DNA of 64,000 nucleotides, taken from assembly GCA_052426225.1 (NCBI GenBank), contig JBNJNM010000007.1, positions 434,001 to 498,000 of the forward strand, in the 5' to 3' direction. The DNA is from Zancudomyces culisetae HAW-14-8. Taxonomy: Eukaryota > Fungi > Kickxellomycota. The notes beneath the pieces were generated by a model, which was not told where the DNA came from, did no database searches, and saw only the letters and a list, made by a program, of their open reading frames with translations. Shown one piece after another: positions 12,356-25,889 of the stretch (position 1 is the first letter of the stretch; the number at the start of each line of letters is the position of its first letter). Position numbers and translations under genes: made by a program.

Positions 12356-13236
12356 ATGTCCGAATCTCACGTTCCCCCATATCCTGTAATTGATACCGAT
12401 CCAAGGTTCACAAGAGTCATTAAATACTTTAGAACGACCGATATTCTAGGCGGACTAGGTTTAGCCGCTCTGGGACCAGCAACAATCTATTGGTTTGGTA
12501 CGTCGAAATATTTCCACTTCTCACTTTCTCCCTTTTTTTTCATTTTCATCCTTGTTCGTTTCTTTATTAACACAATCTTACCATATTAAAGAATGATAAA
12601 TTACTCAAATCTGCATAGAACGATATCAACCTACTGGAAATGCCGGTGCTCCACTGAATAGAGCCATGAAAGCTGCAGGAGGTTTTGGTTTGATCGCTGG
12701 GTTTTTGTATGCATACACTCAATCAAGCCGTAAGTTTTGCTATCAATTACTTTTTTCCATAAATTTATTTTCTCTTTTTAGTTATTTTTCCTGCATTCCA
12801 TCTTTTCTCCGTATGTTTTATACTTATTTTTTTAAAACACAAATCTAAATCAATAGTTAGATTCCTCGGATACAAGCCAAATGTTAGAGAGATAAAAATG
12901 TTCCGTAAAGAATATTACGATTTGAAGGCTCAAGGAAAAACCATGGAAGGGTACACTACATTGACACCAGATCTGCAATCTGTTGCTGCCAGATACTCTA
13001 CAAACTCCGTTTTTAATATTGGTAAGTTTTATCTACTAATCTCTTTCTATTATTTTTAATTTTGTTTTCGTTCAAACAGCAAATCTTGTTATCAATCAAC
13101 TTATGGTTGAGTAAGTCAATTAACAAATGTTTTATTTATTGTGTTTTATGTTGTAGCTGTGCTCCCATGGTTTAATTTTGTTTCTCACCCATACCACGGA
13201 CAAAGTGAAGGTGTTATTCCAAAAGAAGACCTATAA
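12356..13236 (+). CDS. NUXM: NADH:ubiquinone oxidoreductase 20.9/21-kDa subunit (fungal NUXM), 4 exons
   Basis: Spliced product YPVIDTDPRFTRVIKYFRTTD...GFLYAYTQSSLRFLGYKPNVRE...VLPWFNFVSHPYHG; three GT-AG introns. Confidence 0.92.
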
Positions 13237-14139
13237 AATAGGTGTTTTCATTCATCTCTCTTTTCTTTTTCTTTGTTTACATCTATACCATTGAGTGTTT
13301 TTGAATTTTTTTCATTTAATCTAATATATTTGAATTGGGAGGTTTCTTTTAATAAACTTGATTCATAAAAGCAAACATTTTGGGAACAAAAAGAAGGTAT
13401 TAAATTGCTATAATAAACTATAAACCCAAGATTTGATGAAACGAGAAGGGCGGGTGTGATGGTTAGCAATAACACAGCGGCCTTGCTCTACAATTCAATT
13501 TTTCCTGCAACAAAATATGATAGAAAATTGTTGAGAAAGTATTATGGTTTACTCAGAAGTACCTGATTGCTCATAACACCAATTCGAACGCACCCAGCCG
13601 GAGTTACATTTCCATTGATTCTGAGTTTAAAACCCATCAAAGCAAATCGATAACAGTAGACAAGAAACCTACAAGGATACATATGTATTTTATTTAACAA
13701 ATTAATTTGGGTTTTGGTCATTTTAATTCTGCCCTTTTTCCCGTGGTTTGAGCACAAAGTCTAGTAATCAAGTATATATTCGAGAGTAAACTAATAGTAT
13801 AATGTACTGTTTAATGAAAATTGATTATGCTTGATTTTTCTTGAGAGCTGAGTTGTAGTTCCAGTAAGTACTTTATGCAACATACAAGTAGCAATAAACA
13901 CTGATGATAACCTGTGAACATATAGTATGGATTTTACTCACTAATTGAAGGTGGAGTATGCTGGTTTACCTATTTTCTTATAAAGTAGTCGTTTACCTGC
14001 CCATCATTTCTTTTATTATTTTTTTTACAAGAACTTTCTTTATTTGTGATAAATAGTATTTGTTAATACTTCGCTTGGATACTTTGAAGTACATAAACGC
14101 CTAGAGACTATACCATATCAAAAACGACAGATAATACAA

Positions 14140-15101
14140 ATGAGAAATCTAAAGTACTTTGTTTTAACTCTTACAATATTGCGCTCAGTGCTCGCGGTTA
14201 CATCCGTAACATCCCCTTATGCAAGTACAGTTTGGGTTCCTGGAAGCCAAGCAAAGATTACCTGGGTCGGACAATCAAGCGGAAAACTCACACTTAATCT
14301 TTACGAAGGACCCACACCAGAAAACCTGCAAAAGAAAAGAGTTCTTGCCACTGATATTGACCCTAGCAATTTCAGTGCGATAGTACAGGTTCCTTCGGAT
14401 TTGGAGTCCAAAAACACCTATGCGGTTGGAATTTACGATTGTGGAACGGAGGGTACCGCATTTAGCCACTATTTCACTGTTTCATGTAAGCAACTTTAAT
14501 GTTAGATTAACCTATTTCCACTAGCATGTAAATTTGGTATTTAAAGCAGTGATGATTAAAACATAAAATAGCCTCCGCTCCGCAAAAGCATTCAGCATCA
14601 TCATCACACTTGGTAAATGTCATGGATTCTATAAACGACAATGGTGTTAGTAAAAGTATTACAAATATAGCTGATGTCAAATATGCACCAGGCAGTAGTC
14701 CAAAGGAAAGTACCAAAAACCTTGGTGGCGATAAAAATAATTATGATACGCCTCAGGAGGATTTACCGAAACTCAAGTTGGGTATTATCAAAAGTGATGG
14801 TAATGGTGAGATAAACAGTGGTAGCAATACCTATAATGACGAACCCAACAAATCCCCAGATTTGGATGGAATTTCAGGAAGATCATATCCGTATTCTTCA
14901 TCATACAACCAAATGAATGGTGAGAGTAGCGAAAGCGATGGTGTTAATGGCGATACAAATCGTAGTGTTAGAAACGGTACTGCTAGTAGTGATGGAATGA
15001 GTAGCGGAGGCAGTTCTTTGGTATCTCTCAAAAAAACTGTAGTATATAGCACAATTTTGGCACAATTTTTGAGCTTTTATGTTGTAGATACGATGTTCTA
15101 A
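14140..15101 (+). CDS. Secreted, probably GPI-anchored Ser/Gly-rich cell-wall protein with Kre9/KNH-like N-terminal domain, 2 exons
   Basis: Signal peptide; VTSPYASTVWVPGSQAKITW...AFSHYFTV domain; intron 14486-14571 keeps the frame; low-complexity stalk; hydrophobic C-terminus after SSGGSS. Confidence 0.8.
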
Positions 15102-15608
15102 ACACAGAACAGTACTATTGTTTACTTTAAAGTTTTATTTATTTTTATATTCGATTGCATGATTTTATTATTATATCAATGCCATGTGCACTTGAAAAAT
15201 GGATGCATATATGGTTATTAGAACCAGAATAGTTTATCTAGCATACACACACAAATACACACACACATAAGACCATTAGCCTCCATCTTCTAAAGGAGAA
15301 ATGAACGCTAGATAGTGCTGGGCATGTAAAGATCTGCTGGAAAAAAACGCACCAATCACATTTAGAGCTTTAGTTTGAATTGCGTACAAAATCAAAACTC
15401 GTAAATAAGAGAACAGCTGAGAAATAGAGGTGTTTCTAGATCAACAGAATAAACCTAGTGTAGGTTCCTGGTTGGTAATATATAGATAACGAATTTCGAC
15501 TTTGCCCTCTACCAACCTTTTTTTTATATTATATTATTTTTCATTTCCGAGACTGGGTAAGAAAATAGAGGAGCAAAAAAAAAAGAAGGAAGGCGAAAAC
15601 CCGAAAAG

Positions 15609-18073
15609 ATGAGTTTTTTTCAAGATCGATACCACGCCTGTTGGAGTAAATTACAAGTCGGGGGTGTAGAATTCAAAGATCTAGTAAAGGTCTGTAGGAC
15701 AAAAAGTGGAAATACTGGACAGTCAACAGAAACACATCGAGAGAATGAGTATGCCGAAGAACAGCGTAAAAAGGTAATAAAAAGGGCGATGGAGCTGGGT
15801 TTAGTACCTATTTCAGACGAAAATGAGCTCTTTGGTGGTCGTGAACAGGGAGACGAAAACGGGGCCGGAATCAAAAAAGAAAGCAATGGTAGTGTAGTTT
15901 CAATAGCGGATGGTTTGGAGGAATCAGGCAGAAGTAAGTACATAAAGCAGAGTGAACGGAGGAAAAAGCAAGGGAAAGGGGATTTGTCGGATAGCAAGCT
16001 GATAGAGAGTGTTAAAGAGGACTTGACCTTGATAAAGGGATATGTGAAGGATGCAGTAGACATGGGGACAAGACAAGAAAATGAAGTAGTTATGGGGTAT
16101 GTAGTTGGATTGATGTTGGCGAGAAATGTGGCTAGTGTTAATGCCATGGTTACGAAAATGCTGGTGAGCAAATCATACAAGGTGTTTGAAGAAAAAGAGT
16201 ATTGGGAGGTACAAGGATCCACGCGAACAAGCGTTCTGCTCTTTATGATTTCAGGTAAGGGACGCAATTGACGTATATCACAATTTTTAGCTTACGCTGC
16301 TCAGATTATGTACTGACTAACTCTGTGTTAACACCAGCTAGATAATACATTAGTGCAGAATGCCTTAAATAGAAATTGTTTTACTGGAAAATAGGGGCAC
16401 CCGGAAAACTTATCCAGATTTTAAAAAGGGCAGTTAAAGTAACTGTAAAGGAAGTGTACTACATCGTGGATATACTGGCGGCTAAAGGTGTGATGGCAGG
16501 GGTTGAGAATATCAAGTTGAGGTATACTCAATCGTGTCCTGGGGAAAAAGAACTGAGTGTCACTATGAGGGCATACAAGGGGGTAGCAGAGAGTATGGGA
16601 TACGTAAGCACGGTTGAAGAACGAATAATAGGCAAGAAAATTGAATTAGACAACATACTAAGATCTGTTGTGTATAGATTGGGGGTACTCAATCTTCCGT
16701 TGCAGCAAGTGGATAGCATTAGGCACAAATTGAGCGAGAAGAGTGTTTTCGACCGTGGAGAGGATGTCGTCGAAGCAATGATGCAAAAGATTGAAGAAAC
16801 AGTGAACCATTTGAATATCGCAACAAGCGTTGGCGAACCAGAGGCAACTACAGATTTGTACAGCGTCAGGATCATGGATGCAGATCAGTTGGGATGGAAA
16901 AACCAAGCCTATACAACGGTGGAAAGGTTGGAAAAGGTTATAGAGAAATACTGTAGAATGAGAGAACAGTATACCGGTGAGATCCAAAAGAATTCAAGGC
17001 CTGGAGTATATACAAGAAGCTGGATACCGATAATCACCGCGGGGACTCTCGGGTATATTCTGTTTTCAGTGATAAGCGGGAATCAGGAGTCGATTAAAGA
17101 CTACATTAAAGACATGACAGAATTTGTCATAAAATACGCAACGAGATATATTACGCAGCCGTTGGCAGAGGCGTACCATACAATTAGATATGGCGGACGG
17201 ATAATAAAGGTAGTCCCCGAGGATTCTTTGGAGTCAAATATGGGATCCTTGCAAAAAATGACGATTGGGGTATTAAGGGACAAATACAACAGCCAAGGGG
17301 GTTTATCAATTGAGCAACAACAAGAAATATTCAAGCAGGTTCAAAGCGGCGATATGTCGTCGATTATGGGCATCTACGAAGACGAAATCAAGCATCCACT
17401 AAAAAACGCTATATTTGGTGACCTTGTGAGACTGATGCTAATCCAGGTGCAGCATGCAAATGTTACCGTCCAGAGTGCACTTGCTGCTCTTGATAAACTG
17501 CTTCGATCCAATGAACTCAATTTTGTGGTTCTTGCGGTTGCTCCCGCAACTGCAATTTTCTATCTGAGTATGCGAGCATTTTCTAAGTTTATTCGTGATT
17601 CTTCGGATATACGAAACGACAAATCGCTAGTTTATTTAAAGCTTGTGATGAGAGATATCGAAGTCCTGTTAAACAAGGGCTATCATATTTCGAATAAGCA
17701 AGACACCCAAAGCGGCAATAATGCTAAACAACAACACGAACTTGTGTTTCACAAACCAACCAGTTATGATATAAACTTTGAAGGGTTGTTGTTGTGTTAC
17801 ACCGACAGACTAAAACTGCTATCACAGATCTTGTTGAAGGCATATGATGATCAGCAAGGTGGGTTTTCGTGGTTTATAGGTTTTTTGTGTCGACCAATTA
17901 CACTGCTTTTGCCGATTAGCGGTGGCAGAAGGGGGAAGTACACAGAACTGCCTCGCGTTAGGTCTTTGTTCCTTGATGATATTCGTGAGTTAGAATCTTC
18001 TAACTATACCATCAAGCAAAGGTATAATGTTATCAACCGAATGTATAGAACTTATTCGTTTTTGTTGGCTTGA
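15609..18073 (+). CDS. NCA2: Nuclear control of ATPase protein 2 (NCA2 domain), 2 exons
   Basis: Intron 16255-16394 is the first stop-free in-frame solution. Motifs IKHPLKNAIFGDLVRLMLIQVQ and LDKLLRSNELNFVVLAVAP; C-terminal RMYRTYSFL. Confidence 0.9.
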
Positions 18074-18309
18074 AGGTGCCAAAGCCTTTTGGTCTGATTT
18101 TTATTATTATTATTGCGTTTTGATGTGACGATGTTGATTTCCGCAGGTTTTGAGTCATATTTTTTTTTTCGATTCGAGTAGAATTTGGGAATATTGATAA
18201 TCTACAATTTTTGATTGAAAAAATATCACGTATACTTTTATTAATGACCTTGAATAATAAAAAGCGTAAAAATATATAAATAAAAAAAGGGAGGGCGAGT
18301 AGTTATAAA

Positions 18310-19143
18310 ATGAAGGATAGAGATAGGGAAGGAGTGCCAGAGGTTCCAAAACTATCTCAAGTGGTGCGCACAAAGATCGATAATATCAAGAACATTTTCG
18401 AATCGAGAAAAAAATATACTGGGTTTGGAATTGCTATAACTTCGGCTGCTGTTTTTTCAGCCGCATTTTTTATAAAGCGCAGGAATTTCAGGGCAACGCT
18501 AAATAGATTGGATAAACTGTATGATCAGGTACTGAACAGCAATAGAGCCGAATTAAACATAATAAAGCCTAAAGTTCATCCACCGACAACTGCAAAACAA
18601 CCGCAATCGCTACAAAGAACCCCCGATGTCGGATCAACAAGAATATCAGCAACAGTCGAACAGAAAACAGAGAACGTAGAGTCGAGGCTGGATGTGGAAA
18701 AAGTAGTATCTCCTACGGGCAGCGACGCCAAAACGTCACAAGGACAGATTCCGATCAGTTCTAGCGATGAACCAGTCACAATAAGCTCAGAAACTGTAAA
18801 TAATATTACTGCGGCAGAGATTAGAGCTGCGGCAGAGAAAGTAGCAGAACTAGGCGGGCCACAACCAGCAACTCTCGCACTCAAGGCGTTCCAGGTGGCG
18901 ACTCTGGCGACACTCAGCATATTCAGCCTAGTTTTGTCCGGAATCACGTTTGTTTGTAACTATAATGACATTGTGACAATGGACGATTTTAGTAGCGCGA
19001 TTAGGAACAATTTTCCTTCACTTTTTGTAATCAAGCATGAGCCTCAAGATAGTGCAGGTGATGGTGATGTAGCAGAGCTGTTGTCTGAGCTTGGAAAGGA
19101 TGAGGATGACGGCGATAGGAGTGGTGGTGATAGTGAGGAATAA
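18310..19143 (+). CDS. Two-TM membrane protein, TMEM242/Aim11-like
   Basis: TM1 GFGIAITSAAVFSAAFF; second region LALKAFQVATLATLSIFSLVLSGI...DIVTMDDFSSAIRNNFP resembles the TMEM242(DUF1358)/Aim11 signature (from memory). Confidence 0.55.
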   Translation: MKDRDREGVPEVPKLSQVVRTKIDNIKNIFESRKKYTGFGIAITSAAVFSAAFFIKRRNFRATLNRLDKLYDQVLNSNRAELNIIKPKVHPPTTAKQPQSLQRTPDVGSTRISATVEQKTENVESRLDVEKVVSPTGSDAKTSQGQIPISSSDEPVTISSETVNNITAAEIRAAAEKVAELGGPQPATLALKAFQVATLATLSIFSLVLSGITFVCNYNDIVTMDDFSSAIRNNFPSLFVIKHEPQDSAGDGDVAELLSELGKDEDDGDRSGGDSEE

Positions 19144-19716
19144 AAATTCATAGACAAACCGAAGGTGAATGGTAGAGGTGGGACGCTGAGTAGTATTTAT
19201 TTACAAATAACTAATGTTTTAAAAGCTGTAAAGCCATAAGAATAAACTGTACTAGTGAATAGAGTTGTATTTATTGTTGTGGGGGGGAGGAGGAATTGTG
19301 TTTAATCTGTGCTCAATAATACTATGTTGTATAAAATACCAAGAAACTATTTGGTAATCAACAAACAAAAAATATATATCAAAGTCTGAAAAAACAACAT
19401 GATCCACTCAAAATGTTTTTCTTTGGATAAACTGGGCAGATTTGATAAACCGAATCAGATAGAACTCAAGGCAAAAAATAAAAAAAAATTTTTTTTTTGC
19501 CAATAGTTTGACATTTATTTGGTTTATATGAAATCAATATAACGATTTTTAATTTTCTCAAGTGTATAAAACATTGGCGAGAACTCCCCTGTTCAAAAAA
19601 AAAAGTCAATCTTATTCTAATATCCATATTCAGTTTATTTATTTTTTGTAAAACTATATTATTTTCTTTACAGCTTCGTTTAGCGATAAGAGGAAAAAGA
19701 AAAAAACAAGACAAGA

Positions 19717-20607
19717 ATGAATCCAGTTGCAAGATTAGTAAGCAAGAGAGTGGGCCTCAAGCCAACAGTATTTTCAGGAATCAAGAACGGATTCTTGGCA
19801 GCACCAAAATCAACAATGGTTGCAAGCAAATGGCTCAAGACTCCAGTTTCAAATGCTAACACATCTAGAAACTTCTCCACCAGTGTTGTTGGATTGGAAG
19901 GTGGTAAGCAAAAGGTAGAAAAAGAACTTCTCAGAATTCTCAAGGCCGAAATTGAGTACGAGAAGGAGGGACTTCCAGTTGGGGAAGAGGAATTCATAAC
20001 AAGCTTTAAAGAAAAGACTGGGTTCGATATTGTAGATAAGGTTGGAGAGAACGAAGTAGAGTTGGTAAAGCTTACAGGCGATGAAATGATCAAGGTTAGA
20101 TTCAGTATCAATGATATTTTCGATCAGCAACTACAGGAAGAGCATACCGAAAAATTCGAGGATTATATGGAAGAAGAGGAGGGACAAAATAAACAAAAGC
20201 AAGAACAAGAGGAGGAAACGACAGAGCAGGAAGAAGAAGAGGGTATGGACAACTTTGATGTCAACTTTGTGGTTACAATCACAAAAGAGAACAGCCCCAT
20301 CACTTTGTACTTTGATTTGATTGCCGAGGATGGATTGATTGGCTTCAAGAGAATCATGACCTTTGACAAGAACAAGAAAACAGCCCTTCAACAGTCAGTC
20401 GAAGGTGAATTCGCCCGTGGAACAAGCTACTTTGGACCAGTCTACGGTCAGCTTAGCGAAGACTTGAAGGATAACATTGATGAATATTTGGAATCACGCG
20501 GTATTGATTCCAGCTTGGTCTACTTTATCCAAGACTATATTGAATTCAAGGAACAAAACGAGTACTACTCATGGTTGAACAACTTTAAGACTTTTTTCTC
20601 AAACTAA
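19717..20607 (+). CDS. MAM33: Mitochondrial acidic matrix protein Mam33/p32
   Basis: Mitochondrial presequence, LKAEIEYE, acidic loop, YFGPVYGQLSEDL...YLESRGID...KEQNEYYSWLNNFKTF. Confidence 0.95.
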   Translation: MNPVARLVSKRVGLKPTVFSGIKNGFLAAPKSTMVASKWLKTPVSNANTSRNFSTSVVGLEGGKQKVEKELLRILKAEIEYEKEGLPVGEEEFITSFKEKTGFDIVDKVGENEVELVKLTGDEMIKVRFSINDIFDQQLQEEHTEKFEDYMEEEEGQNKQKQEQEEETTEQEEEEGMDNFDVNFVVTITKENSPITLYFDLIAEDGLIGFKRIMTFDKNKKTALQQSVEGEFARGTSYFGPVYGQLSEDLKDNIDEYLESRGIDSSLVYFIQDYIEFKEQNEYYSWLNNFKTFFSN

Positions 20608-20695
20608 ATAGCTGATTAGATGTTTTGTTTTACCTTGCTTTATTATAGCTATTTTTTTTTTTGAAGATAAGAAGAAAGAGGGGAATAAAAGTAAA

Positions 20696-23183
20696 CTAGG
20701 AAAGATTGATTTTATAGTTAAAAATATAGGTAAATAAATCAGAATCTATAATAGAAGTTTTATCAATCAAATATTTTTTTTCCATTTCAGATAAAAAGTT
20801 TAGACCACAACTCTTCAAGTTTGTCAAAAGCAGCCTATTTAGGTTATCGTTTTGGGGAGGACAAAGCTCAAAAATAGCATTACAGGTTAGTACCAATGAC
20901 ACGAACTGTCTTTTCAGTGACAAATAATAGACCAAAGTCAGCAGTTTGTAAAAACTAATTGTGTTGGAGTTGGTACAAAATTTACAAAAACTCAGCTGGT
21001 CCTCGTTTGATAAGTGGGCAATAACCAGCTCGACAAACTCGCGCTTGATCCCCAAATCTTCAATTTCAACACAATAGTCAAAAATCAGGGTTAGAATCAA
21101 GGGCTGTTTGTGTTGATTGTAAAACAAAAAGGCCGATTTCAGGCTTGTTCTCAATAGAACTGTAATGATCAGCTTGGGATCGATCAGCTGCATCAAAGAT
21201 TTCGCATGAAGGCTAGATTGAACCAAATCTAAATACTTTTTCGCCAGATGATACTCTCCATTATTGACGGCCAAGTCAATAATAAGCTCATTTAGCTGCG
21301 CATCTTCGGTGTTGGCTATCCTACTTTGAATAACACTGTTCAGCCCGTCCCTAACACTTCCGGTATCAAGCAAGTAGTATCCCCTGTACAGTTCGATAAA
21401 TTCATTTGGAAGGCAATAATTTTCGGCCATTTTTGCAGCTTTTTCCTGGTCTCCATTGCTCGTGTCCAGTATCATGTAATACAAGAGCCCCAATCTATCC
21501 TGCATATCCAGCTCACCGTTTATAATAATACGATTTGTCACATCGAGTGCCTGCTTTTCATTGAAGCGGAAAGACTGGGCATCACTCGATATTCCTCCCA
21601 GAGCAAATAGCCTTTTTAAAATCTCGTTTTCATTATTTTCATGTCCGCTTTCACCAGGGGCAAAAGAATAATATTTGGATATATCTTTTGCCATGTCAAA
21701 CGTTTCTTGTACCAATGTTTTTTGCTCAAAAGAGCTGATAACATGATTGCTTCTATCTCCAATAACAGTCATATCCAGATTCTCGTTGACAACAACATCC
21801 ACAATTGAATCGGAGAAATGAGTTTCTTGCACTTTTATCAGTTTTCCTTCGCGAATCTCCCAGTAGTTCAATCGACTGTTCTTTCCAGTATCCCCAACAT
21901 TCAGCCCCAATAATATCCCCGTTGAATTGAACATTTTAAACAATGAAATTTCTTGCCTTGTCTCTTTTCTGATCTCTAATTCCAAGATTTTTTTAATATC
22001 CCAGACCTCCTCTTTAACAGTCTTTTGCTCGATTTTTCTACTCAGCCGTCTAACCACGCCATTCTCTGTTGCTCCGTCCTCATTTTGGACATTACTACTT
22101 AGTTTATAAATCACCGCATACAATTCGCCTTCTTCCAATCCCTTGTAACCAACACACAGGTGTCCTCCGTTTTCCTTCTCCACCCAAATACTCTGTATTT
22201 CCATTTCCCTTTTTTTACCAATACTTATACCTGCCCCGATGATCTTTTCCATCACTTTTTTCTCAGGTTCCTGCCCTCGTTCTCGTTCTCGTTCCTGCTC
22301 ATGTTCTTGCTCTTGTTTTTGTTTTTGTTTTTGTTCATGCTCTTGACCCCATCCTTGCCTCCGCTTCAGTTTCTGTCTTTGTTGTAAATACTCTTGCTGC
22401 TGTTTTGCCTTTCTGCTTTTATCTTGGTACATGTAGATACTCATCCGCCCATACCCCTTTTCTATGAAAACCAGCACCTTTCCCTCCTTTTCGTCAATAA
22501 TTGTTGCGTTTACTTTTCTATACGGACTATTAAATAGTTCAATGTCCTGAACTTGTGCTTCTTCCTCATAAACTTTTATTTGCCCTCCCTTCTTGTCAAT
22601 ACCAAATTTGACTATCCCTACTTTCCCATTTCTTGTCGTGATAAACATTACCCATTCATCCTTTTTTCCCTGTATTGGACCTACCAATCCCATTCCATTT
22701 CCGTATTGCATTTCTACTTGAAGATCCTGTATTTCCTCACTTTTTATCCCATAGCTATATATACATAGTTTATCTTCAACTGTGTTTAGTATTGCCACAA
22801 TCAAAGTCGCCTGCCCTCCTATCTCTCTAGCTTCAATTTTTTTAATTTCCCCCTATTTTTCAAAAAGTGCGTCCACCCCCCCCCCATCCACCAATTGATT
22901 TAGTTATTCTTTTTTCTAGTCAAGATTTTTCATAAGTATAATAGAATAGAGAATAAAGAACATAATATAGCGAATGTTTCAATACCTTTACGTTTCCAAA
23001 AAATTTCTCAACTCTAATTACCGCTAGAAATGTTTTCCTCCCTACCACACTTCCTATAGTCACGTTTTCAACTTCGATCTTTTCTTCATCGTATCGGAAA
23101 CCATACAGGGTGAATTCTCGTTCTTTTGCCGCTTTAGTTCCCCGGCCAGTCTCAAACTCTTTTATGTAGCCCCCTCTAATCAT
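20696..23183 (-). CDS. ELYS/Mel-28-like nucleoporin, 2 exons
   Basis: Exon 1 from ATG 23183, phase-0 intron of about 22853-22991, exon 2 beginning GEIKK. ELYS-domain motif LLYYMILD...AENYCLPNEFIELYRGYYLLD. Confidence 0.75.
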
Positions 23184-23517
23184 TTCCTCCCTCGTTATCC
23201 TGCAAATGTCGCTGCTTTTTTATGAAGAATTTATATATGATTTAATATATTCTTTTTTTAAAAAAAAAAAAAGTTGAAAATTATATATTACATTTGGAGA
23301 AATGTAGTCATTTGTTTACTTATTCTCCACTTTAAATACGCGTGGAACTGAAAAAATTTTACTTTTTGATTTATCCCAATCATTTTGGTGTTTAATTCAA
23401 ATATATTCCGAAAAACAAACTCAGCGATCAACTCCCCCACTTTAACAGACCAATATTAATTAGTTCAAAAGATACTCGGCTTTGAGTGAAAGATATAGAA
23501 TGTATGGTGCTGTACAA

Positions 23518-24699
23518 ATGTCAGACACTAGCATTTTAAATTTTCCTTACCTCTCAGGTGTAGAATTTGCAAATGGGGCAACTCTTTTTTACAGAAAATA
23601 CTTGGAGTTAAAGAATCTTGATTTCAATGTAAAATTGGTTATCAATTACAGTAGATATCAGGTAAAACCTTGATTATAAAAACTATCAAGCCGAGTATTT
23701 TTCACACACATCTATTGACTTTTGATTTTTATGTTACTCTTCTTTAAATGATCCCACAAGGAATTGAATTTTTTTTACCAAGACTCTACATTTTCTGATG
23801 GTAATAATGGTATATGTTTGCACACCAATAAAATAGAACGAGCCTGTAGTTGTTATTACTAAAAATTTTATCTATAATACAGCAGAAAGCACGCTATTTG
23901 ATGATATCGAAGAAATACCAACACTTGAAATAAACGAGAACATCCCTGTTGAAGATCAGGATATTGAATACGTATCGGATACAATACAAGGTATCGAAAA
24001 TACTCTCGATTTAGATGCTATAACCAACTCTACAACGTTCCCTTTGCTATCCGAGTTTACAATTGAATATCATGTTGTATATTCGTCAACTTGGAAATGT
24101 CCTGTGCTGTATTTTAGAATCTATAATCAAGGTAATGGTTCCTAAGCTGTTTATTCTATCTCTATCTTTATCTCTTGCTTTACAGGATAAAAACAACACT
24201 GTATACCGCTTATGATTTTTTTGGGATTATTGGCAAAATGTATCTCAAGCTTCAAATAACATTCAAACATTTGGTTTACAATAGATGGATCAACGCTAGG
24301 TTTAGATATGATCAAGAGTTTTATTATAAAAAATGATGGTAACTTGAGAATGTTTCATGAGAATTTGGCAGATACAATTGGGCTTCAGGTAAGACAATAA
24401 GAATGGCCAAAAAGAACACATCTTGACCGTTTTCCCTATTTCTATTGACTTTGTAAAAGCATTCACTCATGAATGCACAATTATTTTTGTAGGATCATCC
24501 ATACCTGAACACGCCCTTCTATTTTATTCACCCTTGTAAAACCCATGACCTGCTAAAATCCGTATCAGATGTATCCGGAGAGAAACAAAGCCCTTTCCAA
24601 AACCCTTCGGGTATTAGCATTGACGCGTTTATTTCAGTATATCTCAGTTTGGTCGGTCCTCCAGTATCGCTATATTTACCTCTAGAATTTGTAGTCTGA
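23518..24699 (+). CDS. ATG10: Autophagy E2-like conjugating enzyme Atg10, 5 exons
   Basis: Spliced product contains EYHVVYSSTWKCPVLYFRIY and DHPYLNTPFYFIHPCKT (HPC active site); lacks the Atg3 N-terminus. An alternative ATG lies at 23500. Confidence 0.85.
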
Positions 24700-24810
24700 T
24701 GATATACCTATTTTTTTCTCTAATATCTACTTTGCAATAATTGTGTGCTTTTTATCGTTGTTTCAATGTCATGATGTATACAAGTGTCTGAATAAATCTG
24801 TATTTATACT

Positions 24811-25083
24811 TTATTTTGATTGTTGTAGTTGTTTCAATTTTTCAACAGTCTTGTCAATATCTACATTGTGCCAGCATAAAAATTCATCGTTTGCATGAAC
24901 AACGGGAATATCGTACTTGTATTCCTCAAACCATTTTTTGTTCTCTGGCAGCTTGATATCCACTTGTTTTAGCTCGAAGGGTATTATTTTGTGAATCTGC
25001 CCAAGATTTTGTTTGGCCTCTCTACATAGCTGACACTGAGCGTGGGTAAATAGTGTGAGGATTAGTTTGCTTTTGCTAGACAT
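24811..25083 (-). CDS. Glutaredoxin-like protein (DUF836; YDR286C/C5orf63 family)
   Basis: LTLFTHAQCQLCREAK (CxxC), WFEEYKYDIPVVH. Confidence 0.9.
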   Translation of the reverse strand: MSSKSKLILTLFTHAQCQLCREAKQNLGQIHKIIPFELKQVDIKLPENKKWFEEYKYDIPVVHANDEFLCWHNVDIDKTVEKLKQLQQSK

Positions 25084-25889
25084 TCTTGCTCTGAGTATGG
25101 TGACCACTGTGTCCTGCTTGTTTTATTTTCCTTGTCTTTTTACCGGGTTCTGCCTAAACAGGAACAATTCTAGTTTTCGGTTATCTTTGCAACGATTCAA
25201 GTAACTAATTGTAAAAAAATTAAACTCGTTTCCAAAAATCGAGAACAATGCAATTTTGATCAAATTTGTGGCAATTAAAGCAGAAAAAAAGCCCAAAAAT
25301 AAATAATATAATATTTTTACTTTTGGATCCACTAAGTGCATTAGCTACTAGAACTTGAGCTTCACACTTACTCCCACCCATACCTTTACTCAAACATTAC
25401 AGCATTATTCGATATCTCTTTGTTGCACGCATAAAATCTCCGTGCACAAGTGGTAATTTTTCTTGTGCTTCTTTCCATTTTTACAACCTCATAATGGTGG
25501 GTTCTTTATCTGGGATTAAATTTCGCTATCAAGATAATACACCAAAGACCTTTTTCTTGGTGCGGACTTGCCCCGCCACCATCACCTATGATTTCCAGTG
25601 CTTTTTTGTGCAATTACCAAACTGAACTAATATTAGTAATATTATTTTTATCTTCAGCTTTTATTTGTAATCACAAATTAAATGCATTTTTTTTCCAATG
25701 TTAATTATAGCAGCCAGTTTGTTCTCAGTATATAAATTAAAAACAGCGATTAAGCATTGTTCTTTATCTTTTATTGAGATTAACAACTGAAAACTATAAA
25801 CTATAAAATACAACGCTGTTCTGCAACTCTTTTAATATTAGCTCTACCTAAAAGTAAAAATAGTAACTATATAGTACTTAATCGAAAAA

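Noticed and set aside
13551-13626. 8-bp inverted repeat ACTCAGAA/TTCTGAGT with a terminal CTGA (snoRNA- or MITE-like)
   Set aside because: No box C (RTGATGA) on either strand, no target-site duplication and no second copy.
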